Below are positions 62,075 through 64,000 of a stretch of DNA of 64,000 nt, in pieces; within the stretch, counting starts at the first letter, position 1; every line of letters begins with the position of its first letter. The notes under the pieces were generated by a model. The model was not told the origin of the DNA and made no database searches. It saw only the letters and a program-made list of their open reading frames with translations. Both the position numbers and the translations under genes were made by a program. This DNA comes from Glaucostegus cemiculus (Eukaryota): NCBI GenBank assembly GCA_976551045.1, contig CDPCPM010000241.1, positions 5,270,001 through 5,334,000 on the forward strand, in the 5' to 3' direction.

Positions 62075-62385
62075 CTGTACAATGCAGAGGGAGTTTATAC
62101 TGTGGAATGTGCCAGCTTTCAGGTGAGATATTAAACAGGAGTCCTGTAAACCTTCCCAAGTTGAAATGAAAGATCCTTAGGGCATCACTGGAAGATGAAC
62201 TGGAGATTTCTCTGCTTTCCTGATGAATGTGTGAAATCCAGGGCCTCTGGTCATTTGTCTCACTGTTGTTTGGGGACCTTGCTGATAACAATTTGCTGTG
62301 TGTTTTCTTCATTCAAATAGTAGCTGTCCTTCAAAAGTATTTCATTGTCTGTAAAGGCAATGGGAGGTCTGGAGATCATGCAAGT
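62075..62385 (+). mobile_element. DeuSINE (SacSINE1/AmnSINE1-like) remnant
   Basis: tttcaggtgagatattaaacaggagtcctgt...aaagatccttagggcatcactggaagatgaactggag...tctggtcattt...gttgtttggggaccttgctg...cttcaaaagtatttcattgtctgtaaag follows the recalled Deu-domain and tail consensus colinearly. Confidence 0.75.
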
Positions 62386-62439
62386 TCCTTTCCAGTGGAA
62401 ACCCATCTCAGAGCTCACTATCTAATTTTGTTTTGTTTT

Positions 62440-62680
62440 ATTCTCTTGTGGAATAAGGATCTTGCTGGAAAAGTCCAGACGTTTCCTGAACCACTACATT
62501 CTTTCTGGTGAAGATACTCCCACAGAGTCGTTGGCTGGTAGCTTCACAATTATAAAGGAATGGCAATATATTCCCAGGTCAGTATTACGTGAGGAGTGGA
62601 ACCTGTTGATTGTGATGTTTCCATGCATTTGATGTCTTGGTCCTTTGGTCCAGGATTTGAGAGACACTGTTGAAATAGAT
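62440..62680 (-). mobile_element. Decayed LINE 3' fragment, same family as 3597-4145
   Basis: ggtgaagatactcccacagagtcgttgg...aaggaatggcaatatattcccaggtcag...gtgatgtttccatgcattt. Confidence 0.55.
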
Positions 62681-64000
62681 GTAGTTATTGAGATGGCTTT
62701 ACAATTCTTGGAGTGATATTTGGAATAAGTAATAATTGGTGCTATCGAAGTGCGGCGGTAATATCAACTGAAAGATATCATTGCTGCAAAATTTACTGTA
62801 ATGCAGTTCACTATTCACAACGACCTTACACTAAACGCGATCAAAACGTGGACTACTGCCCTGGAACATGCTTTCAAAGTGGGTTGAGTACCTCTCCACA
62901 GTTTCTGAGAGAAAAAACGCAAAGTTACTTCTGAAATATATCTACTACAAAATTTATGATTATTCAAATTATCACGCAGATGGCAAGAACCAAGGGCGCT
63001 TAATTATTCTATGAGTAAAATAAAGCGAAGAAAATCTCCTTTCAGTGTAAATGTGAACTTTTTCATTTCTTATTTCTGCCTCAAAAATTTCACACTTACA
63101 GACGTTGGCTGCAATAAACCTTAGTTTGCAAACACAATACGCAGTCTAAGTTTGCACATGGTAATTCTTTGAAATACAGCTGCAACACGTTAATGATGCG
63201 CTGATCATTATCCAGGTGTCCAGATCTGCTCTTTCCAAGCTTAATGTATTTGCATTTACAGTGAATGCTTTGTCGACCAGTCTTTCAATTAAATGATGAA
63301 ATTATCAGTACGAAAATGCTCACGGTCTTAATGTATTTACTATCCCAGCCCCTTGCGTGAGTATTCTATAACTTATGAATTCGGTATAATGTGACCATTA
63401 TACAAAAGGGTAAAAGCTCTGACTAATGGGTTAATACAGAGTATGAAGGATAAATGGTTTGCTTTTGGTCCGAACCTATCATCACTTTCACAGCAAGAAT
63501 CTGAATGCGCGAAAATACAGAGTCCCTTCGAGACTAAAATATCCAAAATATGCGTTTCGTCCACAGCGAACACCAAGCAATAACAATATTCGTATAAACA
63601 GAATACTGGGAGTGCGGAGGCCATGCGGCCCATCCTACCTGCCGTTTGTGCTCCAGTCTCCAGTCCAGCCCCCTCTAATGCTGAACGCACGTCCCCCGCT
63701 TCCTTTCTCCCTCCCATACTTAAACGACACAGGAATTCAGAATGGATGGCCATATGTTAAATACCTTCCGGCAAGTGCACGCAGGATCAGGATAAGTATG
63801 ATGGAAGACCGAGGTGATGGGAAGGATTGCTCTGCTTCAGAAGGGCCGAGGACCCGGAATCCACTTGTACAGTAACCACTGAGAAATGGGACTTCGACCT
63901 GCTGTCACTGAGCACTATATATGCTTATGGGTGGTTATTGAATATAGCTGCAAACGATAAAAGTGGTTAACACAATGACAGCGAGGAACAAAACTGAGCC

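Noticed and set aside
63373-63875. Opposed 126-aa and 138-aa ORFs at the window end
   Set aside because: Non-ATG starts and no recognisable domain, in a locally GC-richer patch.

Overview
Eukaryotic (vertebrate) DNA, most likely a cartilaginous fish (shark/ray), judged from HE1/V-SINE-, HER1/CR1-, DeuSINE- and Penelope-type repeats recognised by eye. The only intact protein-coding gene is the homeobox gene SIX3 on the minus strand: exon 1 CDS 34822-34140, intron 34139-32414, exon 2 CDS 32413-32221, 291 aa. It sits in a ~19 kb stretch with no recognisable transposons, inside a larger CpG-retaining domain with many candidate enhancers. The rest is decayed mobile DNA: a Gypsy pol remnant, CR1, Rex1 and L1-type LINE pieces, SINEs, and Penelope-like elements with inverted pseudo-LTRs and hammerhead-ribozyme-like cores. 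There is also a ~7 kb degenerate 29-bp minisatellite, microsatellites and two assembly gaps. Points most worth following up: CTCF-like sites placed as expected for the SIX3/SIX2 domain border, an ancient inverted-repeat element carrying CTCF-like motifs, a ~150-nt foldback capped by a hammerhead-like core, and an inverted duplication spanning a satellite/LINE junction. I found no evidence of a novel multi-gene system. Repeat family names and boundaries are from memory of consensus motifs and are approximate.
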